Assembly (NCBI RefSeq): GCF_000143415.4
Contig: NW_003314295.1
Coordinates: 1,597,950 to 1,661,949, forward strand
Length of the DNA: 64,000 nucleotides
Source of the DNA: Selaginella moellendorffii
Lineage: Eukaryota; Plantae; Lycopodiophyta
Direction of reading: 5' to 3'
The translations under genes were made by a program, and so were the position numbers. The notes under the pieces are model-generated. The model did not search any database. It saw only the letters and a program-made list of their open reading frames with translations, and was not told the DNA's origin. Positions 10,313-24,285 of this stretch are shown here, piece by piece (positions within the stretch are counted from its first letter, which is position 1; every line of letters begins with the position of its first letter).

Positions 10313-13300
10313 ATGCTGGCCGCTACGAGTGGCGAGGAGCCCGGGCTCCTCGCGACCAAGAGCTGGATGCTACATTCTGGAGTGCTTGATAGGAGCTGGA
10401 GGATTTCTCCTCCTCCTCGAAGGCTCTCCTGTCGCTGCTATTTCAATCCCAACGCTACCAGGAATGTGGCATTCCAATCGCGAGGTATGGTATTTCTTCT
10501 TTCGCTCTTTTTCTTCGGTAGTGTGCATTCCTGGTTTCCATCGGATTTTCTTTTGTTTCCATCAGATTTTCTTTCTTTGTGAACAAAGGATGTTCGGTTT
10601 TTATCTTGTTTTTCTTGGTAGTCCATGCCAAAGAGGAGACTTTTGTGATTTTCTTTGCTTGTGATGCTGATGTAGAGCTTCCTTTGGCAGATTCACAACA
10701 AAGCCGATATGGTATTCTAGAAGGAGCCGGGTACAGCAAAGACGACGCGGTCCAGCGAACAATGCGAAAGTTTTACGAGGGAAGGAATGGACCGCCTCTT
10801 CGCATTCTTCCGATTGGAGGCCTCGGAGAGATTGGAATGAACTGCATGCTCGTCGGGCACTATGATCGCTATATCATGATCGATGCTGGACTTATGTTTC
10901 CCGAGTAAGCAGTCTCGACACCTTTTGTTACTCCTGTTTCTGCTTGTTGAATGCGTTTGGTGCTTTACTTACAGGCATGCTGTCTTCCTGCAAGCAGTTA
11001 TGAGGATTTCGGGGTGGTGAAAGTTCTTCCCGACACGACGTTCATTTCTCGCTGGAAGCACAAGATTGAAGCTGTGATTATTACGCACGGGCACGAGGAT
11101 CACATCGGTGCATTGCCTTGGGTAATATAACCATTTGCTTTGCTGTTTCTCTTTCTTTTTTCTTTTCTTTTGGTTGCTGACTTGTTGCATCTCAGGTTAT
11201 TCCTGCTCTTGATCCTCAGACACGTATTTACTCTACAAGTTTCACACTCGAGGTGAGCAACTAACACGCTACTGCAAAGCTTCACTCTTGCACATTTGAT
11301 GTGTAGCTTATCAAAAGGAGATTGAAAGACTACAACTTTCCATTTGAGCATCGATGCCATACATTTACGATGCGAAATCCCTTTCAAGCGGGTCCTTTCA
11401 AGGTCGAAGCTATTCGTGTCACTCACTCGATACCGGATTGTTGTGGCTTGATACTTCGTTGTCAAGATGGAACCATCTTTCATTCCGGAGACTGGAAGGT
11501 TTGCTCTGGCTGTCTTGACACGCTTCACTTAAGGATTGTTTCTATTCGCAGATCGATGAAAATCCGCTTGATGGTAAGATATTTGATCGGAATACACTTG
11601 AGGAACTAGGCAAGGAAGGAGTCACTCTGGTAATTGCTGAGTTGAAATTTTGGCAGCATTTATGAAATGTATGTCCAGATGATGAGCGACTCTACGAACG
11701 TCTTGTCGCCAGGGCGGACAATAAGCGAGACAGATGTTCGAAAGTCGTTGATGCAGTATGTCACGGAGGCAAAGTCTCGGGTTATATCAACACAATTTGC
11801 TTCCAACATTCATCGACTTGGGAGTATGAAAGCTGCTGCAGATGCTTCTGGACGTAAACTAGTGAGTTATGATTAGCTGTTGTTTTTTGTTTCTAGAACT
11901 TAACATTACACAGGTTTTCATTGGAACTGCCTTAAAAACGTATATTGATGCAGCATGGAAGGATGGACAGGCACCATTTGATCCTTCGATTCTGGTAAGG
12001 GTGCATCTGTGTAAAATCTAATTTGGTTGTGTGGCTGTTTACCAGGTAAAAGCTGAAGATATGGGCGCGTATTCACCAAAAGATCTTCTTATAGTCACGA
12101 CAGGATCTCAGGTTCGCTTAATATGTTATAGATTCTAAGTTTGAAGGACTGTTTGCAGGGCGAGACACGGTCGGCTCTAAATCTTGCATCATTTGGAAGC
12201 AGCCGCAGTTTAAAGTTGTCCAAAGATGACGTTATCCTGTATTCGGCAAAGGTATGTTCGTGAGCTTAAACTTCTGTAATTGTTACATGAACGTTTTGCA
12301 GATGATACCTGGCAATGAAACGAGAGTGATGAAGATGCTGAACAGGATATCTGAAGCTGGTCCGCATATCATCACTGGAAAAGACAAGCTTCTACATACT
12401 TCCGGACATGCCTATCGCGATGAATTGGTACGCACTAATCACTTTAAAGTGGATTTTTAAATGTCGGATTGTGCATGACAGCAAGAACTGCTAAGACTCA
12501 TTCGGCCGCAGCATTTTCTGCCGGTCCATGGCGAGTATACTTTCTTAAAAGAGCACGAGCAGCTTGGCAGGGCTTCCGGTATTCAGCACACGAAAGTATG
12601 TTATAACCTTACTTTTAAGCTCTCTGCTAAGATTTAAGCTGGCAGGTTATAAGAAATGGTGAGATGCTCGGAGTCTCGCCTTTACGGAACAGACGGGTCC
12701 TCTCTAGTGGGTTTGCTGCCCTTGGAAAGGAGGATTTACAGGTAAGAGGGATTCTCACCTCGATTCATTCTCACGTCTAAAATTTTGTGAAACAGCTGAT
12801 GTATAATGATGGGGAAAAAGCATTTGGAACTGCATCAGATCTTCGCGTGGACGAAAGAAAACACATAGCCTTCGATGGAATTATAATAGTAAGGTACGAA
12901 GTTTGTTTTCCTTGAGCTGTCGAACCTTGTTGACTCGTCTGTTTTAGTATTGAGGTAATACGTGATGCCCTTCTTGAAGACGATGATAATTATGCATCTC
13001 GGCTAGATGGTTCGGAATATGGACTACGCGCCCGTATCAGGATCACCACTCGGTGTCTTTGGCTGGATCAGGGAAAGCTTACGGAAGCACTTCACCGGGC
13101 AGCTAATGCAGCCGTTGGAAGTTGCAAGCAAGATGCTGATCTTCAGACTGTGGAGCGAACAGTTGCCACAGTGCTCCGGAAGGTAGCGCAAAAGTACAAC
13201 AACAAAAGGCCAGAGGTCGTCGCGATAGCTACAGAGAGAGCCGTTGCTCCAAAAGACAAGCTCATCCAGAAGAGGCTGGTCGTGGATGCTGCGGCTCAAC

Positions 13301-14118
13301 TTAAGGTGCTGGTGAGGACAAATGCTGTAAATACCAGAGTCTACGAGAAAGAGAAGAGGCAGCAGCAGCACGCGGAAAAGGACAACGAGCGACGGCTGTC
13401 GGTGCTCACACCAGAATTTAACAAGTTCATGGGTATAGAATCTGTTTTTAACTTGCTTAGTTTTCTGATGCTGTCCGGATTCTGCAGAGAAAATTGATAA
13501 AACTGAAGACGCCGAACCCGTCATCAAAGTTCCGAAGGTGGAGGAAACAGAAACAGAAGAAGAACGAGTGAGAAAGGCAATCGCTGAGAAGGTGTTGAGA
13601 GAAATGAAAAACGCGAGGACCCAAAAGGCGGCTAGGATAGAAGAAGAGAAGAAGCTACAGCGTGACGATGCTGATGAAACACCAGCACCAGCACCAGCCA
13701 CCAAAGTGGAAGAAAGAAAAGAAGAGAAGAACGAAGTATTTTCCATAGCCGAGAAGGAAGCAGACTTGGCAGCCACAGGGAAAAGCAGATGGAAACCGGA
13801 GGCCACCCAGGTGTTGATCCGGCTACGAACAGGCATGGACGACAAATTCAGAGAAGCTAAACTCAAGACCCCTCTCTGGAAGGAGATAGCATCCAAGCTT
13901 GCTGAGCATGGCTACGAGCACACCCACGGCCAATGCAAGGCAATGTGGTCGACTCTGGTGAAACGCTACAGGGTACGTTTCTATTGTCCCATTTTCTTGA
14001 GAGTATGCTAAGCTTGTGAGAATTGCAGAACATAATCGATGATGATGGAAGCTCCAACAAAAACTGGCCATTCTTCGATGGAATGCACGCGTATCTGAGC
14101 GATGATCCAGACTCGTAA
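10313..14118 (+). CDS. RNJ: Chloroplast ribonuclease J with C-terminal GT-1/Myb-SANT domain, many exons
   Basis: [23 protein letters not shown] metallo-beta-lactamase motif, [19 protein letters not shown]-terminal [14 protein letters not shown]...LWKEIA...QCKAMW. Confidence 0.95.
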
Positions 14119-14538
14119 ATTACACAGCATAAGCTTACATGATGAGATGAATGGATGTGTCGCTCAAATATTTACATATTTATCTATATACAAGTAGTAA
14201 AGGCTCGCAGCCATCCGATCGCAAGCCCGCATCATGGTCATGAATGTTAAATGGGAGATTGGTGGTACAGGAACTATTGATATCAAAATCATACTGTTTT
14301 CATTGCAAGTCATGGTCGAGCTTACTGAAAAAGCAAACCGAGAAGATTATGATTGCTGGAAATGATTGGAGGAGGGGCAGGGTGTGGAGCAAATGGCCGA
14401 GAGCGTCACCACTGCCTTGGCCTCGAGATCACCCATCGTGCTTGAGATGATCCGCTAAGATCGAGGTGAGTCAATCTAGACAATCTATCTTTCGAGTTTG
14501 TCTTCGCAATAAAAAAGATGGGACGGCACAGCAAGACT

Positions 14539-16197
14539 TTAGTAGCTTTCAAGCTCCGCCTGTATGGCCCGCTTCTCCTCTTCGTCAGTTTCAGAGTAAT
14601 CGTACTCGTCCCAGCCCCTCTCTTCTTCCAGCTTCTTGTTGCACTCCTCGGCCTTCTTGAGAAACTCCTCGTAGTCCTCCTCGGACTCTCCCTCGGACAT
14701 TTTCTCCTGCAGGTCCGAGAAGAGGTCCCCGACGGTGTGCGCGTTTCCATCCACCAGCGTCAGGAAGCCGTGGATGATGTTCACCTCTCGCTGTGCCAGC
14801 CGTGCCCTGTGAAAGATCCGTTTGAGGTGCTGTTGCAGACGGTGGCGCGTCGTGAACTCGGGCTTTGACACCAACGACGCAGCAACGTTGCAGTTCTTCA
14901 CCACTGATCTCCATCGCCTCAGTAGCAAATCCACCTCACGAAGAGGAGCAGTCCCTGTTTGATGTTTACACCAGGAAAAAGAATCGCAACTAAGAAACTT
15001 CGATGGGAAATAAGTACCTGGCGGTGGAAGAAACTCATTGTACTCGGGGCCCGGCTCCTTGTGTACACGACGAAGCCTCTCGTATGAACTAAACATTTTT
15101 GAGAGAGCAAGCGCCACAGCGTGACTCACATCTGCGAAAAGAAAGAACAAACTTTTCTCTAGTTACAAAACGAAGTTTCTGTGTGATTCTTACTTAGCGA
15201 CCCCTCCCATTTGGTAGTTGGGATGCGGCAAGTGTGAGTGCAATATAAGAGCTCCTCGTTTGTCAAGCCGTCGTCCTCCCGTCCAAAGACTAGCTGCAGG
15301 GAAGAGCCATGTCAAAACACTGTGTGAAAGTTCTAGTGTATACCGCAATGGCTTGACCCTTTGCTGGAATGCAGAGCTTAGGATACGGCACTTCGTTTAC
15401 AACTCTGTCACGTCCGTCACGCCGGGTGAAGCCGATGGCCTACACGAAACCAAGTTCGTTCCTGGTGGGTCATTAGAAATGGAGAAGAAGAAAACAACAC
15501 ACTGCAGCACTCGACTCACCATAAGGCATTCGCCAACAGCCTCTGGGATAGTCTTGACAACGTTGACATCTTCCAGCAGGGACTTCGCGACAGGATTGAC
15601 AGCCATTTGACGAGCTTCGTCCGAGAAGTAATCACACTCTGGACTCACCTGGCCAAAGGAAACGAAAACCATGAAGAAAAATCTCAAGTCTAGCAGCAGT
15701 GAACTCACGTACCAGCCATACATGTCTACATTCTGTTAGAGACCAAAGTGAGAAAAGAACAGAAAAAAAGAAATCTTTTGCAAGCTCTCACCGAAATTCG
15801 AAGCAATGCGGCACACCGATCCCACATTCCCAGCTGACTGTGATCCAACGAGCACAACCCTCACTCGATCGAGAGCTCCGAGCCCAGTGAGCCAATGCAC
15901 GTCCTCCGTCTTGACTTGATCCTCCAATTCCTCCTGGGGATACGCCAAATGCCGCCATCGCCCGTGCTCCTTCGTGTTCCTATAGAACGGCTTCCTGTTC
16001 TCGTCCTTGTACCACACCAGCCGCGGATCACGAAGGCTGTACTTCTCCTGGATTCCAATGAGACCTGGTGCGCCCTTGGCGATGGATTCGCGCTTGAGCG
16101 CCTGGTGCGCGGCCCTGGCGCCCTGCGACCGCCGCTGCTTCAATCGCACGTAGGAGACGAGGCGACGGGCGGATAGCGAGGCGGGCGAGATCGCCAT
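14539..16197 (-). CDS. SpoU/TrmH (TrmJ-like) RNA methyltransferase, probably organelle-targeted
   Basis: RVVLVGSQSAGNVGSVCRIASNF, ARQMAVN and RLQQHLKRIFHRARLAQREVNIIHGFL are typical of TrmJ/LasT SPOUT enzymes; acidic C-tail. Confidence 0.8.
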
Positions 16198-16202
16198 CGC
16201 CA

Positions 16203-16211
16203 AAACCCTAA
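16203..16211 (+). promoter_or_regulatory. Telo-box (AAACCCTAA) in the short bidirectional promoter region between the TrmH-like gene and NAC-alpha
   Basis: Exact motif; telo-boxes are known near plant translation-related genes. Confidence 0.45.
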
Positions 16212-16322
16212 GCCCTGAACCCCCATTCTATCTTTCGAAAAATTACCATATCTCTCGCCCACTGGATGAGCCCTAAAGCCGCCGTCTAGGGTTCTTCGCG
16301 AGAAAGGAGTTGTGGGGGCGCC

Positions 16323-17133
<811 letters not shown>

Positions 17134-17436
17134 GCGAGTCGCGAAAAAAAAAAATCACACCAGGAACAGGCAAGAACACCGTCGGTCAGTGTAAACTATG
17201 AGCTTGGTTCTGTGCTCTACGTAATCTCTTTTCCAGGGAGTTTCATTCAATTCCAAAGCGAGATCTTTTTATTCCAAGTCTCCAAAGTTTGTCTCCTTGA
17301 TCTCTCGCGAGAAGAAAGTTTCCAGCGATTGAAAGGAAGAAATATCTGATTTTTCCTCTTCACTTGTAGTCCCCCTTGGCGCCCCTAGCACGAAAAAATG
17401 GAAGATCTGTCAGCTATGAAGCTTGGAGGCTTTTTC

Positions 17437-17703
17437 TTACAAGAATTCACGCCGCGGTCGTCCGGCTTTCACATCCTGCGCGTGCTGCTCAAAGGAGATC
17501 AATCAGGCTCTCGAGATTTCTCTTGGGCGACTTACAAATTCACTGACGATGAAACGATAGGCGAGAAAGGGGACGATCAGCCCCCAAATCACAGCCGTCT
17601 TGGTGGTCTGCTTGTTAAACCGGAAGTGCTCCGCCTGGTTCTCCCTCATGTAGAGCCACTCCTCGAGGTGCTTGTTGGGCTTGAACTCCATCCCGCCCAC
17701 CAT
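17437..17703 (-). CDS. Mitochondrial complex I accessory subunit B15 (NDUFB4-like), 2 exons
   Basis: NKHLEEWLYMRENQAEHFRF...GLIVPFLAY...HAQDVKAGRPRREFL resembles the plant B15 subunit. Confidence 0.8.
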
Positions 17704-17783
17704 CGCTCTAGCTCTAGATCTAAAACAAATTTTAGGGTTCTTGAGAAAGACGAAGAGAAAAGAATTTAGGGTTCTTGAGAACG

Positions 17784-18461
17784 CTATCCTCCCATTTGTA
17801 ACTTAAGCTCGGGATCGTTGCTAAATCCCGCGACAGCGCCAGAGGCGGATGCCCGGAACTTAAACACAATCGCGCCCGTTCCCTTCTTGCAATTCTTCGC
17901 TGGCGCTACGATCTTCTCAATCGGCCCAAACAATCCCAGAGCCTCGCGGAGCTTGGCCTCGTCGTATCCGGCGCTGCAATTCCAGCTCGCGCACACTGTT
18001 CTCTCGCAGGCCTCGCCGCTCACGCCACTGGCGACCTTGATCCGGGCGAGCTCATCGAGAGAGATCGCAGCGGCCTTGGCCACGGACGAGGACGCCCCCG
18101 ATGGTTTGCTAGTGGGCTTCTTGATGACGAGATTGAGGCCCGAGACCTGGGATTTCTTCTTCTTGCGCTTGGGCGGGGGCTGGATCTGCGGGCCTTTGAG
18201 GATGCTGGAATACAACTCACAGTCATAGCGCTCGCGCTTGGTGTCGTCACAGAGTACCTGATAGGCGTCCTGGAGGGCCTGGAAATCCCTAGCCGCGGTC
18301 GCCTGATCGTCCAGGCGCTTGTCCGGGTGGCAGCGCAGCGATTGCGCCCGGTAGGCGCTGCGGATCTGTGCCGAGGATGCGTAGGCGCCGCCGTCCAAGC
18401 CTCCCTGGAGACCTAGAACCGTGTAGAGATCCTTGCGCTCTTGCTGCCCCCCTTTCTTCAT
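17784..18461 (-). CDS. DnaJ-domain protein with C-terminal RRM-like region (DNAJC17/Cwf23-like), intronless
   Basis: DLYTVLGL...CHPDKR...AYQVLCDDTKRERYD J-domain; LREALGLFGPIEKI...GAIVFK RRM-like. Confidence 0.8.
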   Translation of the reverse strand: MKKGGQQERKDLYTVLGLQGGLDGGAYASSAQIRSAYRAQSLRCHPDKRLDDQATAARDFQALQDAYQVLCDDTKRERYDCELYSSILKGPQIQPPPKRKKKKSQVSGLNLVIKKPTSKPSGASSSVAKAAAISLDELARIKVASGVSGEACERTVCASWNCSAGYDEAKLREALGLFGPIEKIVAPAKNCKKGTGAIVFKFRASASGAVAGFSNDPELKLQMGG

Positions 18462-18575
18462 CTTTCCCGAGAGCCCAGCCCTAATTGTGTGCTTTAGATT
18501 CGTCGAGTATATTCTATACTTAATCCAACGGCTGGTAGATTTTATATGAAAAAATGAACGTTTTCTTAAAGCGAA

Positions 18576-18647
18576 TGTGGCTGCTGGGATTCGAGCCCAG
18601 GTCTCCACGGCCACAACGTGGAATTCTCACCACTAAACTACAGCCAC
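18576..18647 (-). tRNA. trnH-GUG: tRNA-His (GUG)
   Basis: Reverse complement GTGGCTGTAGTTTAGTGGTGAGAATTCCACGTTGTGGCCGTGGAGACCTGGGCTCGAATCCCAGCAGCCACA folds as a full cloverleaf, anticodon GTG, downstream T-run. Confidence 0.95.
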
Positions 18648-18808
18648 ATTAACCTTGACCAGTGGTCAAAAATAGTTGACTCTTTTTGACCATTTGGTTG
18701 ACCGTAATATTCTCATTAAATTAGCCCTTCAATTCAATTTACTTTAAACCTTTAAAAACATTTTTTATTAAATCTTCCCAGATTTATTACACAAATTTAT
18801 ATTTCTAC

Positions 18809-19339
18809 CTATCTGATGAAGGAGAAACTGGCTTCGTCCGAGCATGGCGGTGGCTCCTGGAAGGACTGGGCGGAGAGGCGGCTGTACGTGAGCCCAATCT
18901 CAAGGTAGACAAACCCAGTCTCTGGATCATCGACATGGAGCCCTTTCACGGCCAGCCACACGAGCAATTCCCTCGCCTGGACGCCCGAGAGATCCTCGAT
19001 CCTGCTGGACCTCACCTTTCCCTTGATCTCCTCGCCATACCACAGCAGCTCCTCCTCGAGCTTCGCATAGCACGACCGGCTCAGCCGCATCTCGAACGAT
19101 CCATCCTCCTCGTCCAGCGAGAAATCGGTCACCAGCGGCAGAGGGAACATCCCCTGGGGGAGATTGTAGCTGTCGAGCATCTTCGAGACGCGGCGGGGGG
19201 CATCGCGATCGCCCTTTGATCGATCCGACCCGTGCTTACCATGACGAGCATCCTCATGATCGTCCTGGCGGTAGCCACTGGCGGCAGCCAATCCAAAGAA
19301 GGCCGAGAACAGGAGGGCGATGGCAACCTTCCTAGACAT
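18809..19339 (-). CDS. DUF538 family secreted protein
   Basis: Signal peptide, then LDSYNLPQGMFP...FSLDEEDGSFE...IKGKV...LSGVQARELLVWLAV...FQEPPPC. Confidence 0.85.
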   Translation of the reverse strand: MSRKVAIALLFSAFFGLAAASGYRQDDHEDARHGKHGSDRSKGDRDAPRRVSKMLDSYNLPQGMFPLPLVTDFSLDEEDGSFEMRLSRSCYAKLEEELLWYGEEIKGKVRSSRIEDLSGVQARELLVWLAVKGLHVDDPETGFVYLEIGLTYSRLSAQSFQEPPPCSDEASFSFIR

Positions 19340-20059
19340 TCTTGGATACAAATCGAGAAGAGAGAACGATTAAGAGAGACAGTGAGACGTTCACTTCTCG
19401 TCCCATCTTATATAGTTGCTCTGGGAGCGCCAGGTTGCATGCATGCCTCTCCTCTAACAGAAGACTGGGATATACCCTGGGAGACTCTGCTAGATTCGCG
19501 AAGAGTTTTAACTAACGTCTTTTGGTTTGTCTCAAAATTCTATAGGAAATACAGAAACAAATAGGTGAGGCTTGATGCTTACAGCCAAACACCATTTGGA
19601 ATTGGAAAAAAAAAAAATATGTAATAGAAAAGCGCGATCCCTTCACGGGCAAGAGCTGGAGCTGTAGCGATGCTCGGGTACCCGCGATTTGCCCCGCATT
19701 ATCAGGATCACCATGCTGCTTCGGCGCACTCGTATAATTCCGCCACCTCTTAAATATTGAAGAGAAATGCGTGAGCTTGGGAATGTAGTCCCCATCCCTG
19801 GTTGGGAATCCACGACTTGGATATTCTTAACAAAAGTATGAACCAAACAAAAACGCGACGTGTTTTTTCTATTTTGCCTTGTTCTTCACCGTTTTGTTCC
19901 ATCCCCCCATTTCATGGTTGATGCAGTGCCAAAGGTTGTAGCTGCCAAGCCCCCAATGGTCTCCTCGTCATTCTGATATCGCCAGACCATAGCCATCTTT
20001 TCCTCCCTATTATTTCTCATTAAGCAAAGTCAATCGCGCTACTCAATCTGCAACCAAGA

Positions 20060-21440
20060 ATGGTGCTGCTCATGATCATCGCGTTTTTGCTGGCCACGCA
20101 CTGGTCGAGTAGAAATATTGTTAAGCTCCACTGGCCATTCCACAGGTTTGACGGGCTTCAATGCCTTTTAAAATGGTACTCGCACCATTTGATCGTCCTC
20201 GTTTACGGTCTTCTCATCGTTCACTCCATTGTTTTGTTCCTCGCTCGGGACTGGAGAGAAAATACGGTAAACACCTTTCTTCTTCTTCGTGTTTCGTTGT
20301 TCTCGCAGGCCTGGATGTATATAACTACCGCTCTACAAGCCTGTACTCAAAAGGTTAGCACTGTAAAGGTAAACAAAGTTGGATCTTTTCAAGTTTTGCT
20401 TGATCGATCCTTTTTTAACGATATTTCATTTACCCAGGAAATGTTCTTGCTTTATACATGACTATACATAAACCTCCGGGCTTTAGATTTCAGAGTGGAA
20501 TATATCTCTTCTTGCAATGCCCAGCTGTTTCACCCTTAGAATGGTAAGATAGAAACAAAAGGCTTTTTTTTTCTGAAAGATTTTTTTGTGTTACAGCCAT
20601 CCATTCTCCAGAACTTCCGCACCGGGAGATGAGTATGTAAGTGTACACATACGCAGCCTCGGGGATTGGACGCAAGAGCTAATGAAAATGTTCTCTCAAG
20701 TAAGTTTCTCGTGAAGAAAACTAACAAGTTTTTCATGGCTTATGTGCAGGTCGTATCAAGTTTGTTTTCTTAGCTTTTCGTATGATCTCTAAATTTTTTC
20801 CCTGTAGATATCCTGTGTTCATGGACCACATGGAGCACCATCACAGTCTCCTTTGAATGGTTTAAAGGAGCCATGACCGAAGTCTCTCAGCTTGATCACA
20901 AGGTCAGGAAAACTTTTGTGATTTCTATCTTCCTCTTTTTTTTACAAATCTTTGTTGTGCTTCTTTACAGGCCTTGATCGAGATGCATAACTATCTAACA
21001 AGTGTTTACGAAGAAGGAGACGCTCGCTCCATGCTTATCGGTGTGGTCCAAGCGTTGCATCACCCACTAAGTGGTGTTGATATTGTCTCTCACACTTCCA
21101 TTGTGATTCATTTTCTTTCTCATTTGTTCTCTCGATTTCTTCCCCAGGTTTGAACACATTTTGCTCGTCCAAACTGGAGAAAAGTGTTTGCGAGGCTTGC
21201 ATGCATGCCTCTCCTGTAACAGGCTTTTTCTGAAAGATTTTTTTGTGTTACAGCCATCCATTCTCCAGAACTTCCGCACCGGGAGATGAGTATTATGGCT
21301 TTGGGTGTTTGGCTCACTACCTCTGGAGCTCCAGTCATGAGAACAGGTGTTTACGGTCTTCTCATCGTTCACTCCATTGTTTTGTTCCTCGCTCGGTCAT
21401 GGCTCGGAGGTTTGTTTGGTTGGATGTAATCCAGGTACGT
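20060..21440 (+). pseudogene. Respiratory burst oxidase homolog (RBOH/NADPH oxidase) pseudogene, fragmented and partly duplicated
   Basis: [44 protein letters not shown] (twice), [27 protein letters not shown]; frameshifts, stops, missing N-terminus. Confidence 0.85.
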
Positions 21441-23339
21441 CGGCTGCGCAGACTTGAAGTTCATGTGTACTATCTGCATGAACTTGATGTAATCCACAGT
21501 GGAAATCCGGTAAAATTGCAGGTTAAGTGATTGCTGCTGCAACCAGCTGATCTAAGGAAGGAAAAAACAGAAGAACATGTAAGAAGCTCTGACTGTGAAG
21601 ATTCGTCAATAAAAAAAGGACGACAATGGCGATGGCGATGAAGCAATGAAAAGTATAAGAAATGCATAAACAATAAAGCACGTCAAAGCACACCCAAGCC
21701 AAGTAACAGAGACGGCCGGAACAATACTTTAGCTTTTCACTGTCAGGATCACAAGAACAATCAATCAGTCAAGGAAGAACATTACGATCAACTTATTGAA
21801 ACGAGAGAAAAATAAAGCAAAGGAAAGAAACACCAGGGACCCGCAAGCAAGAGAATCAACCCAGAAGATGAAAACAAAAAGCCAAACTTGCCAGTAGCGG
21901 AGTAAGAAGAACTTGTAAGCAAAAAAACCAAACCACTGGAGAAGATGGAACTTGCAGCGAAGGGTAAGAAGAAGGACAAAAGAGAGAAATATCGCGGTGA
22001 CGAAGAACCAAACACCAGACAAAAAACATACCTGCAACAGTAGCTGCTCCAAATCCCCGATCCATGTCAGAATGGGTGATCATCATCACAACTTCACAGA
22101 GTATTCTAGTTAGCACAATGCCCAGGTAACTTGGAAACACAAACTTTTGACAGTCATGAATTCTGGCTCTCCACCAGTGGCAACAGGGGGGATGCTTATC
22201 GACTGTGGGACAGTTTCTTTCTTCTTCTTCCTTGTCTGTAGCTTAAAGGACGCTTGAACGAAACAACAAAGTTCTGCATCAGTAAGTAAACAATTGGTGT
22301 CAACGAGCACGTACCAGTGCTTCCAGAAAGACAAGGTGCAATTATGTGTAACACAATCCTGTCCAAAAGAAAAAGTGTATAGAAAGAGCATATCACGTTC
22401 ACAACAAGGGCAGCAATAGAGTTCTCATAATCTGTTAAGCGTTTTGACATCTCTCTCAGATCTGGAAATGCAGCAAAAAGATTCACATTTTAAAACATAA
22501 GATCTGGAGCTCTTACCAGAGAGAATGGTGAAATCAAATATGTACAAAGGGGCTCTCACAAGTCACAAGCTGAGTGTCGATTCCTCCATAGGCATGTTGT
22601 ACTAGCGGCTTGGACTTCATGGCTCTCCCGGAAGAATTTTGTTGATGGAAGTACGCAAGAATTTCGTTGAATACATTGATTTAAAAGAAAAGGAAGATCA
22701 GAAACGCTGGCAAAAGGTAAAACAAAAAGCACCTTGATAATGCCGGTACCAAGCAATCTCGGATCTTGGTAGCGGTAATCTCGGATCTTAAGCAGGCACC
22801 AGCCTCCATGGGACATGGTTCCGAGCTCATAGTGAAAATCAAGAACAAAAACTGGAAGGAAGAACTAACCTGTGCCAAGCTTGCTCGTAACTGAAGTAAG
22901 AACTCTTCACAAGCTCTACCTCCGCACCTTGTGTCTCCTCGTCAACTGTCTTGCTTTTACCGCCATGTTCTAGGTTTTGTTTTTCATGATAGTGAAATTC
23001 ATCAAAGGATTTGGAATTGCTACAGTTCCAACGCCACTTTCAGGAGCACTTGCTAGCATGGACTTGGCTTCGAGTGGCTATGTCCGCATGTATCCTCTGG
23101 AGCATTCTGTATCTCTTGTGGTAAAAAAATTCAAAGGAAGGTACATATATATAAAAGCTAGAAGAAGGAAGTGGTCTTTTTGGATATGGATATATATGAA
23201 ATTGAAACATGTGGCTGATGTAATCACTTGAACAGACCATGCTGCGGCCTAATATGACACACACATACACGTCATGCATGACCATGGTCACAAATCACTT
23301 GTTTATTATGGACTAATTGAAAGAGAAGTGCATTAATGT

Positions 23340-23890
23340 AATGCATCAAGAAATTAGTTAATTTCCTCTACTTTATGAGTTGTCGCAGTTTAAATTTCTT
23401 AAAACTACAGTCAACAAGGTTTGACTACAAGATCCAAACACCAAAAGAGTTTGTGCGAAGCTCACCATAATGGACACAGAAACAATGTTGGGCAAACATT
23501 GTGTTCTTCATAATGAGAACTTTTTCCTTCTTGAGTAGTGATGGAGAGGAATCTTTTGGGCGGTTCCTACATAATACAAATGAAATGCAAGTTTTTGGCA
23601 CAAACACCAACATTTTTATCTTGATATTGTATAAGGAACTTATATAGTTACTGTGCAGCACTCTGGCACAATACACACAGCATACATAACCAACCACAAA
23701 CATACACACACATTTCTTCATTTATGTTATTCATCCCCAATGGCTTCCAGATGGTGTGGTGTTGGTGTGCAATTTTCAACTTCAATTTTCTGTATCTCCT
23801 TGTAGAACTTGTCCACAACCCAGACTTCCCCTCTGTTGCAGCCAAAAGCTTGTCCTTTGACTATCAAATGATATAGAAAATTGGGGTCAT
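23340..23890. repeat. Segment present as an inverted diverged copy at ~43670-44200
   Basis: GAGGGGAAGTCTGGGTTGTGGA...GAAGTTGAAAATTGCACACCAACACCAC shared in opposite orientation. Confidence 0.8.
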
Positions 23891-24285
23891 TTGGTTCCCT
23901 ATAGACTTTTGTATAAAAAGGTGGAACTTCACAGCAACCTAGCTAGGGGGAGCCACAACAACAAGGATTTGGGGCATGCATGCCCCAAAGAGCTGTTTTC
24001 ATTTGGCTAGTTTCAATCAATGTCATGGCATCCTTATAATAAACGTATGGAGGATATGATGGGAAGCTTTTGTAAAGAACAAGTTTGGTTGGCTCAGTGA
24101 TGGTTTTTGTCTTGACCACAATCATAACCCTTTGAGGCCAAGAGCTTATTGGAGTGGAGAACATCGCCAACACCCATGCTCAACACAATAGTAATAGCCT
24201 TGCTTGCTCCCACAATTAATGGTGCACCACTCCCACACATTTTGGCAGATCAAAAGAAGAATATGCAAAACAAGGAAAGAATTGA

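Noticed and set aside
13024-13896. 290-aa minus-strand ORF
   Set aside because: Antisense shadow of RNase J exons.
18462-18614. N-terminal extension of the DnaJ ORF in the ORF track
   Set aside because: Runs through the tRNA-His gene from a GTG start; ATG at 18461 is more plausible.
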